A stretch of 64,000 nt of DNA from an uncultured Pseudomonadota bacterium (lineage in GTDB: Bacteria; Pseudomonadota; Gammaproteobacteria; Ga0077536): the NCBI GenBank assembly GCA_902597385.1, contig CACJXQ010000001.1:137371-201370 (forward strand). Reading direction: 5' to 3'. Of the stretch, positions 1-9,660 are shown piece after piece. Position numbers and translations under genes: made by a program. Positions within the stretch are counted from its first letter, which is position 1. Each line of letters opens with the position of its first letter. The notes beneath the pieces were generated by a model. That model did no database searches. It was not told where the DNA came from and worked only from the letters and a program-made list of their open reading frames with translations.

Positions 1-96
1 GGCGACTTTAAGCAAGATTCCTTATCACTAGTCGATGTTGCATCCTATCGAAAGAAGGCCATTATGATTGCGGATAGGGTAGGCTACAATGATTAG
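1..96 (+). CDS. 3' end of a truncated ORF; possibly the periplasmic substrate-binding component of the downstream ABC importer
   Basis: Open frame from the window edge to TAG at 94-96 (...SLVDVASYRKKAIMIADRVGYND*), 31 nt upstream of the permease gene on the same strand. Function is inferred only from the usual SBP-permease-ATPase gene order. Confidence 0.35.
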   Translation, partial: GDFKQDSLSLVDVASYRKKAIMIADRVGYND

Positions 97-127
97 TCAT
101 ATTTTCTATTGATTCTTTCGTTTTAAA

Positions 128-1777
128 ATGAGTTTCGCATCACTGAAATTCAACCCTTGGTCAGCAGGTACCGTGGTCTTGTCTATCATTCTAATGTTTC
201 CGGTTTTGTGTGTTACCTATTTTGCTTTTGAGTCTAGTGGGGAAATATGGAGGCACTTAGTTTCTACTAGCTTGCCGATTTACGTGCGTAATACGATCAC
301 TTTAATGTGTGGCGTAGGTGTGCTCGTGTTTGTTATAGGGGTGGGGGTTGCATGGTTGATTACAATGTGTAATTTTCCGGGAAAAAAATTCTTTGAATGG
401 CTTTTGATTTTCCCGCTTGCATTTCCGGCTTACGTAATTGCATATGCTTATACAGATCTTTTGGAATATGCTGGGCCAGTGCAAGCTTTACTGCGAGACT
501 TTTTTTATTGGACGAACTCTGAAGATTATTGGTTTCCAGAAATTAGATCGATGGGCGGAGCAATTCTCATGATGAGCTTTGTTCTCTATCCTTATGTCTA
601 TCTTATGGCAAGAACAGCTATTTTAGAGATGTCAGTTAATACTATCGATGTTCATCGTGTAATGGGCAGCACTCCGAGACAAACTTTTTTGCAGGTTATA
701 TTTCCAGCCGCTAGGCCCGCAGTTGTGGTGGGTATTTCTCTGGCTTTAATGGAAACGATGAACGACTTTGGTACAGTCGAATATTTTGCTGTCTCTACTA
801 TGACGGTTGGTTTGGTAGACGTTTGGTTAGGTATGGGGAGTCTTGCTGGGGGTGCTCAAATAGCGATGGTTATGCTTTTCTTTGTGATGGCGCTTATCCT
901 AGTTGAACGAATAGGCCGACTAAATCAAAAGTTATACCAGCAGCCGTCAAGCAGGTTCCAGGAGTTGCCCTGCTATGAGCTGACACGTTGTAAAGCTTGG
1001 CTTGCCACTAGTTTTTGTTTTATTCCTATCTTATTCGGTTTTATTATTCCTCTACTTGTATTGGTCCGATTAGCTCAAATTTACTTTCACCGGTCATGGA
1101 GTTCCGAGTTCCTCGGGTTAATAGTAAATAGTTTCCTTCTCGCCTCATGTGCTGCGTTTCTTGTGGTAGCATTGTCGCTATTTCTCGCCTATGGTAAACG
1201 CTTGTCAGAGAATCCACTTCTTGTTTTTTCATCTAAGTTGTGCAAGTTAGGTTACGCCGTTCCAGGGGTGGTGTTAGCGATCGGTGTTATGGTGCCTCTG
1301 GCGACTGTTGATAATTTGATAGACCTTTGGGCTAGAACTCAATTTGGATTTTCTACTGGCCTCCTCTTGAGTGGTTCTGTTTTTGCAATTATTTTTGCTT
1401 ATGTGGTGCGCTTTCTGATCTTAGGTTTGGGTCAAATCGATAATAGTCTCGCAAAAGTGTCTCCCTCAATGGACATGGCTGCCAGAACGTTAGGTAGTAG
1501 TCCTCTTAGAGTTTTGCTGAAATTCCATACGCCGGTTTTGAAAGGAGGGATTTTTGTAGGAGCAATGCTTGTTTTTGTTGACTGCATGAAAGAGTTGCCG
1601 GCGACGCTCATATTACGCCCCTTCAATTTTGAGACGTTGGCCACCCACGTATATCTTTTTGCATCAGATGAAATGTTGGGAGAGGCTGCTTTAGGTTCGA
1701 TCACTATTGTAATGGTTGGTTTGATACCAGTAATTATTTTAAGTTCGATGATTAGGCGGTCCCGAAAACTACTTTAG
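128..1777 (+). CDS. Iron(III)/thiamine-type ABC transporter permease, fused double-domain (FbpB-like)
   Basis: 549 aa and strongly hydrophobic throughout. Two EAA-type cytoplasmic loops, one per half (DVHRVMGSTPRQTFLQVIFPAARP and DMAARTLGSSPLRVLLKFHTPVLK). Followed 18 nt later by the ATPase gene. Confidence 0.85.
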   Translation: MSFASLKFNPWSAGTVVLSIILMFPVLCVTYFAFESSGEIWRHLVSTSLPIYVRNTITLMCGVGVLVFVIGVGVAWLITMCNFPGKKFFEWLLIFPLAFPAYVIAYAYTDLLEYAGPVQALLRDFFYWTNSEDYWFPEIRSMGGAILMMSFVLYPYVYLMARTAILEMSVNTIDVHRVMGSTPRQTFLQVIFPAARPAVVVGISLALMETMNDFGTVEYFAVSTMTVGLVDVWLGMGSLAGGAQIAMVMLFFVMALILVERIGRLNQKLYQQPSSRFQELPCYELTRCKAWLATSFCFIPILFGFIIPLLVLVRLAQIYFHRSWSSEFLGLIVNSFLLASCAAFLVVALSLFLAYGKRLSENPLLVFSSKLCKLGYAVPGVVLAIGVMVPLATVDNLIDLWARTQFGFSTGLLLSGSVFAIIFAYVVRFLILGLGQIDNSLAKVSPSMDMAARTLGSSPLRVLLKFHTPVLKGGIFVGAMLVFVDCMKELPATLILRPFNFETLATHVYLFASDEMLGEAALGSITIVMVGLIPVIILSSMIRRSRKLL

Positions 1778-1795
1778 ATTGAGGTATAATCACCT

Positions 1796-2833
1796 ATGTT
1801 TCTCAAAGTTCAGAATATTAGCTGCAAATATAATGCTGAACCTGTGGTGCGTGATTTAAGCTTTTCTATAGAGAAGGGAGAACAAGCTTGTTTGTTAGGA
1901 CCCAGTGGTTGCGGTAAAACAACAGTTTTGAGAATGATTGCCGGCTTTCAAAAAATATCAGAGGGTATGATATCAATCGGCGGCTACGAAAAATCTTCAG
2001 AAAAATATCATGTGGCCCCGGAGGAGAGAAAATTAGGTATGGTTTTTCAAGATCATGCATTATTTCCTCATTTGAACGTTGAGCAAAACATAGCTGTGGG
2101 CCTTAATTCTCTCGCACCTAAAAATCGCACTATCCGTGTAAACGAATTCCTGGAACGCATGGGACTGTTATCTGAGAAAAAAAAGTTCCCTCATGAGCTG
2201 TCTGGAGGTCAAGCCCAAAGGGTTGCCTTAGCCAGGTCATTAGCACCCAGTCCCCAACTTTTACTTATGGATGAACCTTTTTCCAGTTTAGATTCAGATT
2301 TACGGGAGAGAATGAACGTGGAAGTGTCCGAATTACTTCGTGAACAAAAGATGACTGCTTTAATGGTTACCCATGATCAAAATGATGCGTTTGCTTTTGG
2401 GAAAGAACTCGGAATAATGCGGGGGGGAATGCTCGAGCAATGGGCTTCTCCTCATGAAATTTATCATCAGCCTAAAAACCGATTTGTTGCAGATTTTATC
2501 GGGAGCGGAGTTTTTTTAAGTGGATACGTTAAAGGCTCCGACAATATAATTACGGATTATACTGAATTAACATTTCTGAATTTAGAGAATTGGTGTGATG
2601 GAACAAAACTAGATGTATTAATAAGACCCGACGACATTGTTTTTGACCCCAATGGTGACAAAAAGTTGAAGGTTTTTTCTAAATCCTTTCAAGGCGCACA
2701 AACCTTGTATAAGCTAGGTGCAGAAAAAGGAGAGCCTCTATTAGCCCTATTTCCTAGCCATGAAAATTTCTTGGTTGGAGACATAGTTCCGGTTAGATTT
2801 AAAGTGGACCATGTAGTTGCTTACCGTGCCTAG
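1796..2833 (+). CDS. ABC transporter ATP-binding protein (FbpC/PotA-like, with C-terminal TOBE-like extension)
   Basis: Walker A GPSGCGKTT, ABC signature LSGGQAQRVALARSL, Walker B LLLMDEPFSSLD, H-loop VTHDQ. 345 aa. Confidence 0.9.
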   Translation: MFLKVQNISCKYNAEPVVRDLSFSIEKGEQACLLGPSGCGKTTVLRMIAGFQKISEGMISIGGYEKSSEKYHVAPEERKLGMVFQDHALFPHLNVEQNIAVGLNSLAPKNRTIRVNEFLERMGLLSEKKKFPHELSGGQAQRVALARSLAPSPQLLLMDEPFSSLDSDLRERMNVEVSELLREQKMTALMVTHDQNDAFAFGKELGIMRGGMLEQWASPHEIYHQPKNRFVADFIGSGVFLSGYVKGSDNIITDYTELTFLNLENWCDGTKLDVLIRPDDIVFDPNGDKKLKVFSKSFQGAQTLYKLGAEKGEPLLALFPSHENFLVGDIVPVRFKVDHVVAYRA

Positions 2834-3390
2834 TTACCACAGGGAATTATTTCTTCCTCTGTAATAATCTTATCTAATGTCTGGTCATGGTCTTCCGGCA
2901 CTATGCCATTAAACAGTTGACAGCTGAAAGCTAGCCCTATTTTTTCTGTGTGCTTATTTTTTGAGAGCCATCGGTCGTAGTATCCCCTTCCGTAGCCTAT
3001 ACGGGCGCCAGATCGTGATGCGGCAACAGTAGGAATGATGGATACCTCAGGTAAGCAATTTGTATTGATACTACTAGCAGAAGTAGGTTCAAAATTCTTT
3101 GAGAGCTCCAGGGTGTCCTTGTTCAAAGGGGCAAAGCCCATTTCATTCTCCGATAGTATTACCGGGACAGATACCCATTTTCCCAAAGTTGTTAAAGCAT
3201 CAATTATTGCCACGGTTGTCACCTCAGTACCGATAGAAACGTAACATGAGAAAGAGGAATGTTCTGCTACTGAATCTAAAGCTAAGAATCTTTCAGATAT
3301 TGCTTTGTTCCAACGCTCTCTATCTGATTTTGTTATAGATGCTCGCAAGGAAAGCGCTTTTTTTCGGATGACTGTTTTTTTTGGCTCCAC
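2830..3390 (-). CDS. 5-formyltetrahydrofolate cyclo-ligase
   Basis: 186 aa. N-terminal RKKALSLR... and C-terminal GYGRGYYDRWL motif are typical of the MTHFS family. Its 3' end overlaps the convergent ABC ATPase gene by 4 nt. Confidence 0.8.
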   Translation of the reverse strand: MEPKKTVIRKKALSLRASITKSDRERWNKAISERFLALDSVAEHSSFSCYVSIGTEVTTVAIIDALTTLGKWVSVPVILSENEMGFAPLNKDTLELSKNFEPTSASSINTNCLPEVSIIPTVAASRSGARIGYGRGYYDRWLSKNKHTEKIGLAFSCQLFNGIVPEDHDQTLDKIITEEEIIPCGN

Positions 3391-3408
3391 TTTATTTTTA
3401 TTATTCGG

Positions 3409-4116
3409 TTAAACAATTTCTGTTAATACCCCAACACTAGCTCCAAGTAGGCCTCCAAAAAAAGCCCCCCACACGACCAACCACCCTAGATGTTTCCTTA
3501 TGATATCTTCAATTATTTGTTTAACATTTTGAGGCGTTAAATCATTTAGGCGGCCGTCTACTATTTTAATAATCTCTTTTCTTAATTTCTCGGCGTTTTT
3601 TCCTCCAATTTTTTCGCTCTCATCATGTCCGATTTTCTTTATAATTTCTTGCAATTTTACTTTTATCGGATCCCTGAGGGATTCAAGCATTTTTGGACCG
3701 CCAAAAAGGTTAATTGAAGGACCTAAGGACGATCTCGTTATAGCGTCTATAAGACCTTCGTAGATTTTATCCATATCAAGAGTTTTTAAAAATTCATCAG
3801 TTGCTTTGGAAGAGGACATCCTTCCAAATTTAGCAATATCATCTAACTTGAAAAATTCTTCTAGGATAAGGCTGCGTATGCCTTTCTTGAAATCACTGAA
3901 TCTTTCTGTGATTACACCGGATCCATACAGGAATGGCACTTTATTAAACAGCATATGAATTGCAATCCAGTTTGTTATTCCACCCGATAGGGAGAAGAGT
4001 CCTATGGTAATTAGTAGATCTCCCTGCCAAGGTGAGAAAAGCCCGCAAACTAAAACTGCAGCAGCCGCCACATTCGCCATAAGTGATTTGTTTAATGAAA
4101 GAGATTCTTCTGGCAT
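3409..4116 (-). CDS. DUF445-like membrane protein
   Basis: 235 aa. TM helices at both ends flank a charged helical middle region, the layout and composition I associate with DUF445. Start overlaps the stop of the upstream cupin gene by 1 nt. Confidence 0.55.
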   Translation of the reverse strand: MPEESLSLNKSLMANVAAAAVLVCGLFSPWQGDLLITIGLFSLSGGITNWIAIHMLFNKVPFLYGSGVITERFSDFKKGIRSLILEEFFKLDDIAKFGRMSSSKATDEFLKTLDMDKIYEGLIDAITRSSLGPSINLFGGPKMLESLRDPIKVKLQEIIKKIGHDESEKIGGKNAEKLRKEIIKIVDGRLNDLTPQNVKQIIEDIIRKHLGWLVVWGAFFGGLLGASVGVLTEIV

Positions 4117-4484
4117 TAGTCTAGTGTCACAAAGATTGATTTTCTTGGTTTGTTATTTATGGCTCTGCTTTTATGGCCTTGTCCTTCGGTGTCCTCGGCT
4201 AGGAAAATTTGTCCGTCGGAGAAAACCTTTGTAGTGCCATCACCTACCGTTATTTCAACAGAACCTTCTAGAACTATCACAAACTGTCGTTCGGGCGCAT
4301 TATGCCAGCCGTAATCATAGTCGCCAGTAGTTTCTCTAAATATTACACCAGAGGCTTCTTTTCTTTCAGATAGGAATCCGATTTTACCCTCGTCAGTAAG
4401 CGGTATCTCGAAGTCTTCAAAGTGAGATTTTTGGTCTGTTCCGTTATAAATTCTTGTAGCTTTTATAGTTCGATCGAGACCCAA
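4116..4484 (-). CDS. Cupin domain protein
   Basis: 122 aa. Beta-rich small barrel pattern (WHNAPERQFVIVLEGSVEITVGDG...). Confidence 0.6.
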   Translation of the reverse strand: MGLDRTIKATRIYNGTDQKSHFEDFEIPLTDEGKIGFLSERKEASGVIFRETTGDYDYGWHNAPERQFVIVLEGSVEITVGDGTTKVFSDGQIFLAEDTEGQGHKSRAINNKPRKSIFVTLD

Positions 4485-4565
4485 GTCAGATTTCCTTACG
4501 GCGAGATGGTTTTGTTTTGGTTTCTTTGTGAGAAAGCATCTGCTCCCTGTAGTAAAGTATAGGAA

Positions 4566-5171
4566 TTATAGGTTTACCTCAATGCGAGTTCTCTTTTTTT
4601 CCAGAGCTCTACTGATAAATTTATGGAGGCCAAAAATTATAAATGAATAAAGTATCGTTGAGGCCGCTAGTTTTAGAAAAAACGGGAATCCGAGGCTATA
4701 GCATAAGATAAGTCCTTGCATTGTCTTTTCAAATGGCATTCCCGAGAGAATGTTTATTCCACCACCGAACCAAACCCCAAAATCAGCTAGAATCCAATGG
4801 GTTAAAGCAGACGCTACGGATGCTGAAAAGATGGTTGTGAACTTGATTATCTCGGATATTCTTTCTCCAAAAAAAACCGTTATGATAAATGCGAGGTAGG
4901 TCCATATCCAACCGGAGTAAAGAAAACCGCCATAGGTTTCTGAGACCATTAGAAGATCGCTAACTAGTAAAACAGCCATTGGGAATATGTAACGTATTTT
5001 CCTATTTGAGAGTTTTGCTCCAGCAAATAAAGCAATAGCTCCGATAGGAGTGAAATTACCAAGTAAGTTTGTTGAACCATCCACGAAAAAGGCTCTCCAC
5101 AATGCTAGGCCAATAATCAAAGCGGCGATGTCGGTCCATCGAGTTTCTATCTTTCTGTTTTCTTCTCTCAT
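4566..5171 (-). CDS. Integral membrane protein (DUF6580-like putative transporter component)
   Basis: 201 aa with 5-6 predicted TM helices. The NFTPIGAIALFAGA motif is remembered from the DUF6580 family. First gene of a four-gene minus-strand string 5171->2830. Confidence 0.5.
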   Translation of the reverse strand: MREENRKIETRWTDIAALIIGLALWRAFFVDGSTNLLGNFTPIGAIALFAGAKLSNRKIRYIFPMAVLLVSDLLMVSETYGGFLYSGWIWTYLAFIITVFFGERISEIIKFTTIFSASVASALTHWILADFGVWFGGGINILSGMPFEKTMQGLILCYSLGFPFFLKLAASTILYSFIIFGLHKFISRALEKKRTRIEVNL

Positions 5172-5261
5172 AAGTAAATTATATTTTTGCTACAATGTAG
5201 TTTAAAAGATACTGCTAAATATAACTATTCCTAATGCTAATTAGCAATACAAATTTAACAG

Positions 5262-6050
5262 ATGCGGGTAATTTCAGAGAACTTAACGCCTAATTACCGA
5301 AAAAACCATCTGAAGAGTAACTTGAGTGATGTAAATCAAGGGCAGGTTGTTAAACTGATTCAACTCCTGAACGATGGATCCTATAATGCCGTCATGAAAT
5401 ATTTTTTGTTTGGAAGAAGCCAAAATGGCCTAGCTATTGACGCAATATCTTTTGGTTCAACTGGTAAACATGTGTTGATACTTGGTGGGGTACATGGTGA
5501 CGAAATAGAAGGCGTTGCATTAGTAAAGTTTTTGGTTGCAGAACTTAGTGAAAACTTAGATTTTCCTCTGAAAGTCACCCTTGTGCCATGTCTAAATATC
5601 GATGGATTTTTAGCGGGGACTCGACAAAATGCAAATAATGTCGATTTGAATCGAAATCTTCCAACTGACGATTGGAACCCCACTGCATTCAATGATAGGT
5701 ATTCCCCTGGAGGTATGGCCAACAGCGAGCTTGAAAATAAGGCCTTGGTAGAATTTATCAAAACACAAAGGATAGATTTTATTTTATCACTCCACTCGTT
5801 TTCTCGTTCTTTACTGAATGTAAACGGTAATTGCGAACCAGTGTCTGGCTTAATAAGTGATCTTACTGGTTTGCCGGTTGAGAAATCCATCGGCTACCCA
5901 ACGCCTGGATGTTTAGGGACTTACGCAGGGTTGGAAAGAAATATCCCAACGATCACTTATGAACTTCCTCGAGGCTCTGATATTCGCGAAATTATCAAAC
6001 TGCATGGAAAGAGCATCAAGGAAGCTTTAAAAGTCTACGCATCCTGTTGA
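5262..6050 (+). CDS. M14 family zinc carboxypeptidase / murein peptide amidase A-like
   Basis: HxxE zinc motif in LILGGVHGDEIEGV, DLNRNLP motif, later H in LSLHSF. 262 aa. Ends with a normal TGA stop (6048-6050). Confidence 0.7.
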   Translation: MRVISENLTPNYRKNHLKSNLSDVNQGQVVKLIQLLNDGSYNAVMKYFLFGRSQNGLAIDAISFGSTGKHVLILGGVHGDEIEGVALVKFLVAELSENLDFPLKVTLVPCLNIDGFLAGTRQNANNVDLNRNLPTDDWNPTAFNDRYSPGGMANSELENKALVEFIKTQRIDFILSLHSFSRSLLNVNGNCEPVSGLISDLTGLPVEKSIGYPTPGCLGTYAGLERNIPTITYELPRGSDIREIIKLHGKSIKEALKVYASC

Positions 6051-6107
6051 TTTTTTATTTCGGTTTGGAAAGCAGTCCTAAGACAGATTATATAGTTGAA
6101 GTGCGAA

Positions 6108-6818
6108 TCAATTGTAGGACGCAATTTTGGCGGCCATCGAGCGACCTTTTTTATCTGTGTGTTCTATCCTAACCGGTAGCCAATCTAGTTCTTCTGCGCA
6201 ATACACAGTGGTCTCCTTTGATGAATGAGGATCCTTTCTGTTTACCACGAATGTTTTGAACTTACCCATGGGAGTGGAAACTTTCTTCTCTTTTATAAAA
6301 GTGACGTTATATGTGACTATCTTTTTTTGGCTTGCGATATCATATTTTAAATCTTCTTTTAACATGCTACTTAAGTCCATCATCATTTGAGCTTGATAGC
6401 TAAGTTTGTCAAAAGTGTCTTCTTTTAAAATTTCCTCATAACCTTCCGCAGCATCAACCCTTTTAACCAAGTTACTTATTCGGTCAAAAGTCAATTCATA
6501 ATTTTTATCCGCCTTGTCAGTTTCTCTTAAATAAGTGTGAGGGATAATTTTATCTTCGATAATTTCTCCCTTGCTGGTTTCAAGTAACAGTGATCCACTG
6601 AGAAATTTAGCGAACCCCTTGGATTCCATACGAGATGTAAAAGTGTACTGTCCATCGTCTTTTATTCTCAAGTTCCGAGAAATTGCTCCCACTTTGAGAG
6701 GGCCTTTATAAATATTGTAGGTGACATTGAAGGGCTCTAAGGCTAATACGCTAGGGCTGGTTAAAAAATTGGACCCTAGGAGCAATAAAATCGATGCTAT
6801 GAAATTTTTCTCGACCAT
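6108..6818 (-). CDS. Secreted DUF3108-like protein
   Basis: N-terminal signal peptide (ILLLLGSNFLTSPSVLA), beta-rich 236-aa body. Family call is from memory of overall pattern. Confidence 0.45.
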   Translation of the reverse strand: MVEKNFIASILLLLGSNFLTSPSVLALEPFNVTYNIYKGPLKVGAISRNLRIKDDGQYTFTSRMESKGFAKFLSGSLLLETSKGEIIEDKIIPHTYLRETDKADKNYELTFDRISNLVKRVDAAEGYEEILKEDTFDKLSYQAQMMMDLSSMLKEDLKYDIASQKKIVTYNVTFIKEKKVSTPMGKFKTFVVNRKDPHSSKETTVYCAEELDWLPVRIEHTDKKGRSMAAKIASYN

Positions 6819-6849
6819 AAGTTTAATTGATCCGAATGCTTAGATTCTT

Positions 6850-7788
6850 TTAGTAATTTACTTCTTGAGTGTATTCAGGCTTTTCATGTGCAGCCCAATA
6901 CTCTGAATAAATTTTCTGATAAATTGGGCCAGGCTTGCCCTTGCCTACAGGCTTACCATCTAGAATGCTAACTGGCATTATCCCGCCAGCTGTGCTCGTG
7001 AGAAAAATTTCAGAGGCTTTTTCCAATAGGTCCCTTTTGAAATTTATTACTTTGACAGGCACCTGCTCAGATGCTGCTATTTCTATTACTGTTCTTCTAG
7101 TTATTCCTTCTAGCATCCCACTTTCAGGAGTCCAGAGTTGTCCATCTGAAAAAGCAAAAATATTAAATCCCGGCCCCTCCGTAATATAACCATCTGCATT
7201 TGGTAGTACTGTTGTTTCAGCTTCTGTCCCATAGGCTTCATAAAGTGCTTTAGTCATATCCCCCCAGTGGAAATTTTTCACTTTAGGGTCTACTGACCGC
7301 GGATCTATTCTGATAGACTGCTTAGCGATAGCAAGGTGGATCCCTGTAAGTTGGTCCTCGGGTTTTACAATCCATACGTAGGGTATGGCGTAGGCATAGA
7401 ATCTATTGGAAAATTTACGAGGATCTCTTTCTCCATTTACTGGTATGCCTCTAGTTACAATCATTTCTACATAAGAATCACGTAGCCCAGATTTTTTTAC
7501 GCATTCAATTAAGATATCTTTCATTTGAAGCTTATTTACGGGGGGTTTAAGTCTTAGCTTTTTCCAGTTTTCTTCAAAACGATCAAGGTGTTCTTCAAGC
7601 TTAAAAAACTTTCCCTTCCAGGTTGCCACTACATCATAGGTGCAATCAGATTTAGAGAATCCTACATCCATGATAGGTACCCCCGCATCTTCTATAGGTA
7701 GGTAGTGATTGTTTATCCAAGCACAGCCATTTTTAAAGTTTTTTTGCTTGTGTGCTTCAGCGGTAATTGTTTTTATAGTGACACTCAT
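6850..7788 (-). CDS. Fold-type IV (class IV) PLP aminotransferase, (R)-selective amine transaminase-like
   Basis: 312 aa. Motifs DVGFSKSDCTYDV, RDSYVEMIVTRG, VDPKVKNFHWGD (catalytic Lys region), TEGPGFNIF, TSTAGGIMPV. Confidence 0.8.
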   Translation of the reverse strand: MSVTIKTITAEAHKQKNFKNGCAWINNHYLPIEDAGVPIMDVGFSKSDCTYDVVATWKGKFFKLEEHLDRFEENWKKLRLKPPVNKLQMKDILIECVKKSGLRDSYVEMIVTRGIPVNGERDPRKFSNRFYAYAIPYVWIVKPEDQLTGIHLAIAKQSIRIDPRSVDPKVKNFHWGDMTKALYEAYGTEAETTVLPNADGYITEGPGFNIFAFSDGQLWTPESGMLEGITRRTVIEIAASEQVPVKVINFKRDLLEKASEIFLTSTAGGIMPVSILDGKPVGKGKPGPIYQKIYSEYWAAHEKPEYTQEVNY

Positions 7789-8152
7789 AAGATGATGGTC
7801 TCTGTTTTTTAAGTAAACCAGAATTTATTAAATTTCCCTGGTAAAGTATAAATGCAAGAAAGATTTAAAGATACTTGGAGAAATATTTTTCTTGGTTTAA
7901 ATCTACAACGGTATCGTGTGAGGCGCAAGTCAGCTATCGAATTAAGGGGTGAGTTTACCTTTATAAGGGTAGGTAGCTAAAACGAAATCAAAGTAGAATT
8001 GGAATCTTTATTTACGATCTTGTGTCTCATCTAAATTCCAGCTATTGTCCGTTTTGGGAAGTAATCATTGAGACTTGTAAATTTCTTATTTTTTGTCTTC
8101 CTTTTCAATTTATAAGGGTTATATTTTTTGTAAGAATAACTAGGGTTAATTT

Positions 8153-9655
8153 GTGTCTTCGGAAAATACAAGAGACTTCATAGCTGCACTTGATCTAGGC
8201 TCCAACAGTTTCCATCTTATAGTAGCAAGAAGAAATAATGCCGGTTATCGAGTGATTGATAAACATAAGGAAACCGTTCGTTTAGCATCAGGGTTTGATG
8301 GGCAGGGTAATTTAAAGCAAGAAGCTATAGGTAAAGCAGTCAAAGCTTTGGAAAGGCTGGGAGAAAGAGTCCGTAAAATACCAAACAGTAATCTCCGGAT
8401 AGTGGGAACGAACACTTTGCGCAAAGCAAAAAATGCTGATGTTTTGATCGAGGCGGCAGAGCACGTTTTGGGTCATTCTATAGATGTGATAGCGGGTGCC
8501 GAAGAGGCGAGATTGATTTTTTCTGGTGTTACCAGAGGTTTGAATTTGGAGGATAGAAAATATCTGGTTATCGACATCGGTGGTGGTAGTACAGAAATAA
8601 TCGCCGGATATTGCGAAAAGCCTGAACTACTAAATAGTCTACACATGGGTTGTATTAGCGTTACTCTAAACCATTTCTCAAAAGGTATGTTATCACGCGA
8701 ATCCTTTGAGGTTGCGCATATGTCGGTGGCTCAAGAGTTAGAGCCTATTCTGCGATCTTATAAAGAATATGGTTGGGATGAAGTTATAGGTTCCTCTGGA
8801 ACAGTCCTGGCGATAAGAGATATGCTGGTGAAAAATAATTGGGATAGAGAAGGTATCACTATCAAAGGTCTCAATTGCCTAACTGAGTATTTGATTGAGA
8901 AGGGTTCTACTGAAGCATTGAATCTCAAAGGCCTGTCTAATAATCGTAAAGGAATTTTACCTGGTGGGCTTGCGATCTTAAATGGTTTTTTTAAAGGAAT
9001 GGCAATTGAAAGATTATCGGTAAGTGATAATGCTTTAAGGGAGGGAGTGTTAAATGATCTGGTTGGCCGTATAAAAAATCAAGATTACCGCGATATCACA
9101 GTGAAGAAACTAGTGGAGTTGTATGAGCTAGATGTTTCTCAATGTGAAAGGGTGAATGACTCAGCGTTTTATATATTTAACTGCATAAAAGACTCTTGGG
9201 GGTTGAGTAAGATAGAACATTTATGTTTTTTAAATTGGGCTGCCTGCCTTTCGGAAATTGGACTCGCGATTTCATTCAGTCAATTTCATAAGCATGGTGC
9301 CTATTTAGTGCAGAATCTAGATATGCCGGGTTTTTCCGAGAAGGAAAAGAAGATTTTATCTTTGCTAGTTAGAGCGCAACGACGAAAGTTTCCTATTAGG
9401 GAGTTTCTTCACCTGAATCTGTCTGAAAGAGAAAAGCTTGTTAAAATCAGTGTGATACTTAGGTTGGCTCTGTTGCTACATCGGTCCCGATCCGATTTTC
9501 CGTTCCAACACTGTGGCTTTGAAGCAAGCGATAACTCATTAAATATCCGGTTTCCAGTTGACTGGTTGAAAAACCATTCTTTAACTTTAGCTGATCTTCG
9601 AGCGGAAAAGGAATATCTGAGAGCTATAGATGTTGATTTATGCTTTAATTGCTGA
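8153..9655 (+). CDS. ppx: Exopolyphosphatase (Ppx/GppA family)
   Basis: GTG start. ASKHA phosphate motifs DLGSNSFHL and DIGGGSTE. 500 aa with C-terminal HD-like region. Convergent with ppk1, stops 5 nt apart. TGA stop at 9653-9655. Confidence 0.85.
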   Translation: MSSENTRDFIAALDLGSNSFHLIVARRNNAGYRVIDKHKETVRLASGFDGQGNLKQEAIGKAVKALERLGERVRKIPNSNLRIVGTNTLRKAKNADVLIEAAEHVLGHSIDVIAGAEEARLIFSGVTRGLNLEDRKYLVIDIGGGSTEIIAGYCEKPELLNSLHMGCISVTLNHFSKGMLSRESFEVAHMSVAQELEPILRSYKEYGWDEVIGSSGTVLAIRDMLVKNNWDREGITIKGLNCLTEYLIEKGSTEALNLKGLSNNRKGILPGGLAILNGFFKGMAIERLSVSDNALREGVLNDLVGRIKNQDYRDITVKKLVELYELDVSQCERVNDSAFYIFNCIKDSWGLSKIEHLCFLNWAACLSEIGLAISFSQFHKHGAYLVQNLDMPGFSEKEKKILSLLVRAQRRKFPIREFLHLNLSEREKLVKISVILRLALLLHRSRSDFPFQHCGFEASDNSLNIRFPVDWLKNHSLTLADLRAEKEYLRAIDVDLCFNC

Positions 9656-9660
9656 TTAAT

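Noticed and set aside
2830-3408. Looked for a 6S RNA (ssrS) gene next to the 5-formyl-THF cyclo-ligase gene, as in enterobacteria
   Set aside because: Only 18 nt separate the gene from the upstream DUF445 gene, and the downstream side overlaps the ABC ATPase gene. There is no room for an approximately 180-nt RNA.
5235-5246. 12-nt palindrome TGCTAATTAGCA upstream of the M14 peptidase gene, and 10-nt AGACCGGTCT at 15561-15570 between the DMFase-like subunit genes
   Set aside because: They are short enough to be expected by chance once or more across the intergenic DNA. Neither has a spacer, so they cannot form meaningful hairpins.
5381-5890. Long antisense or nested ORFs (this one, plus 25003..25332, 48598..49032, 52035..52460, 58931..59389, 60083..60448, 32993..33361 and others)
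   Set aside because: Each lies inside, and opposite to or out of frame with, a gene that has strong family motifs. Their translations are S/P/R/L-rich and featureless.
7960-8119. Exact 11-nt direct repeat TTTATAAGGGT at 7960-7970 and 8109-8119 upstream of ppx
   Set aside because: In a 364-nt AT-rich spacer, a single 11-mer recurrence has roughly a one-in-ten chance by a rough estimate. It does not resemble a Pho box or any other site I know.
9656-9660. Convergent ppx/ppk1 with stops 5 nt apart as something unusual
   Set aside because: Oppositely oriented adjacent ppk and ppx genes have been described in Pseudomonas. Tight convergent ends are also the norm throughout this window.
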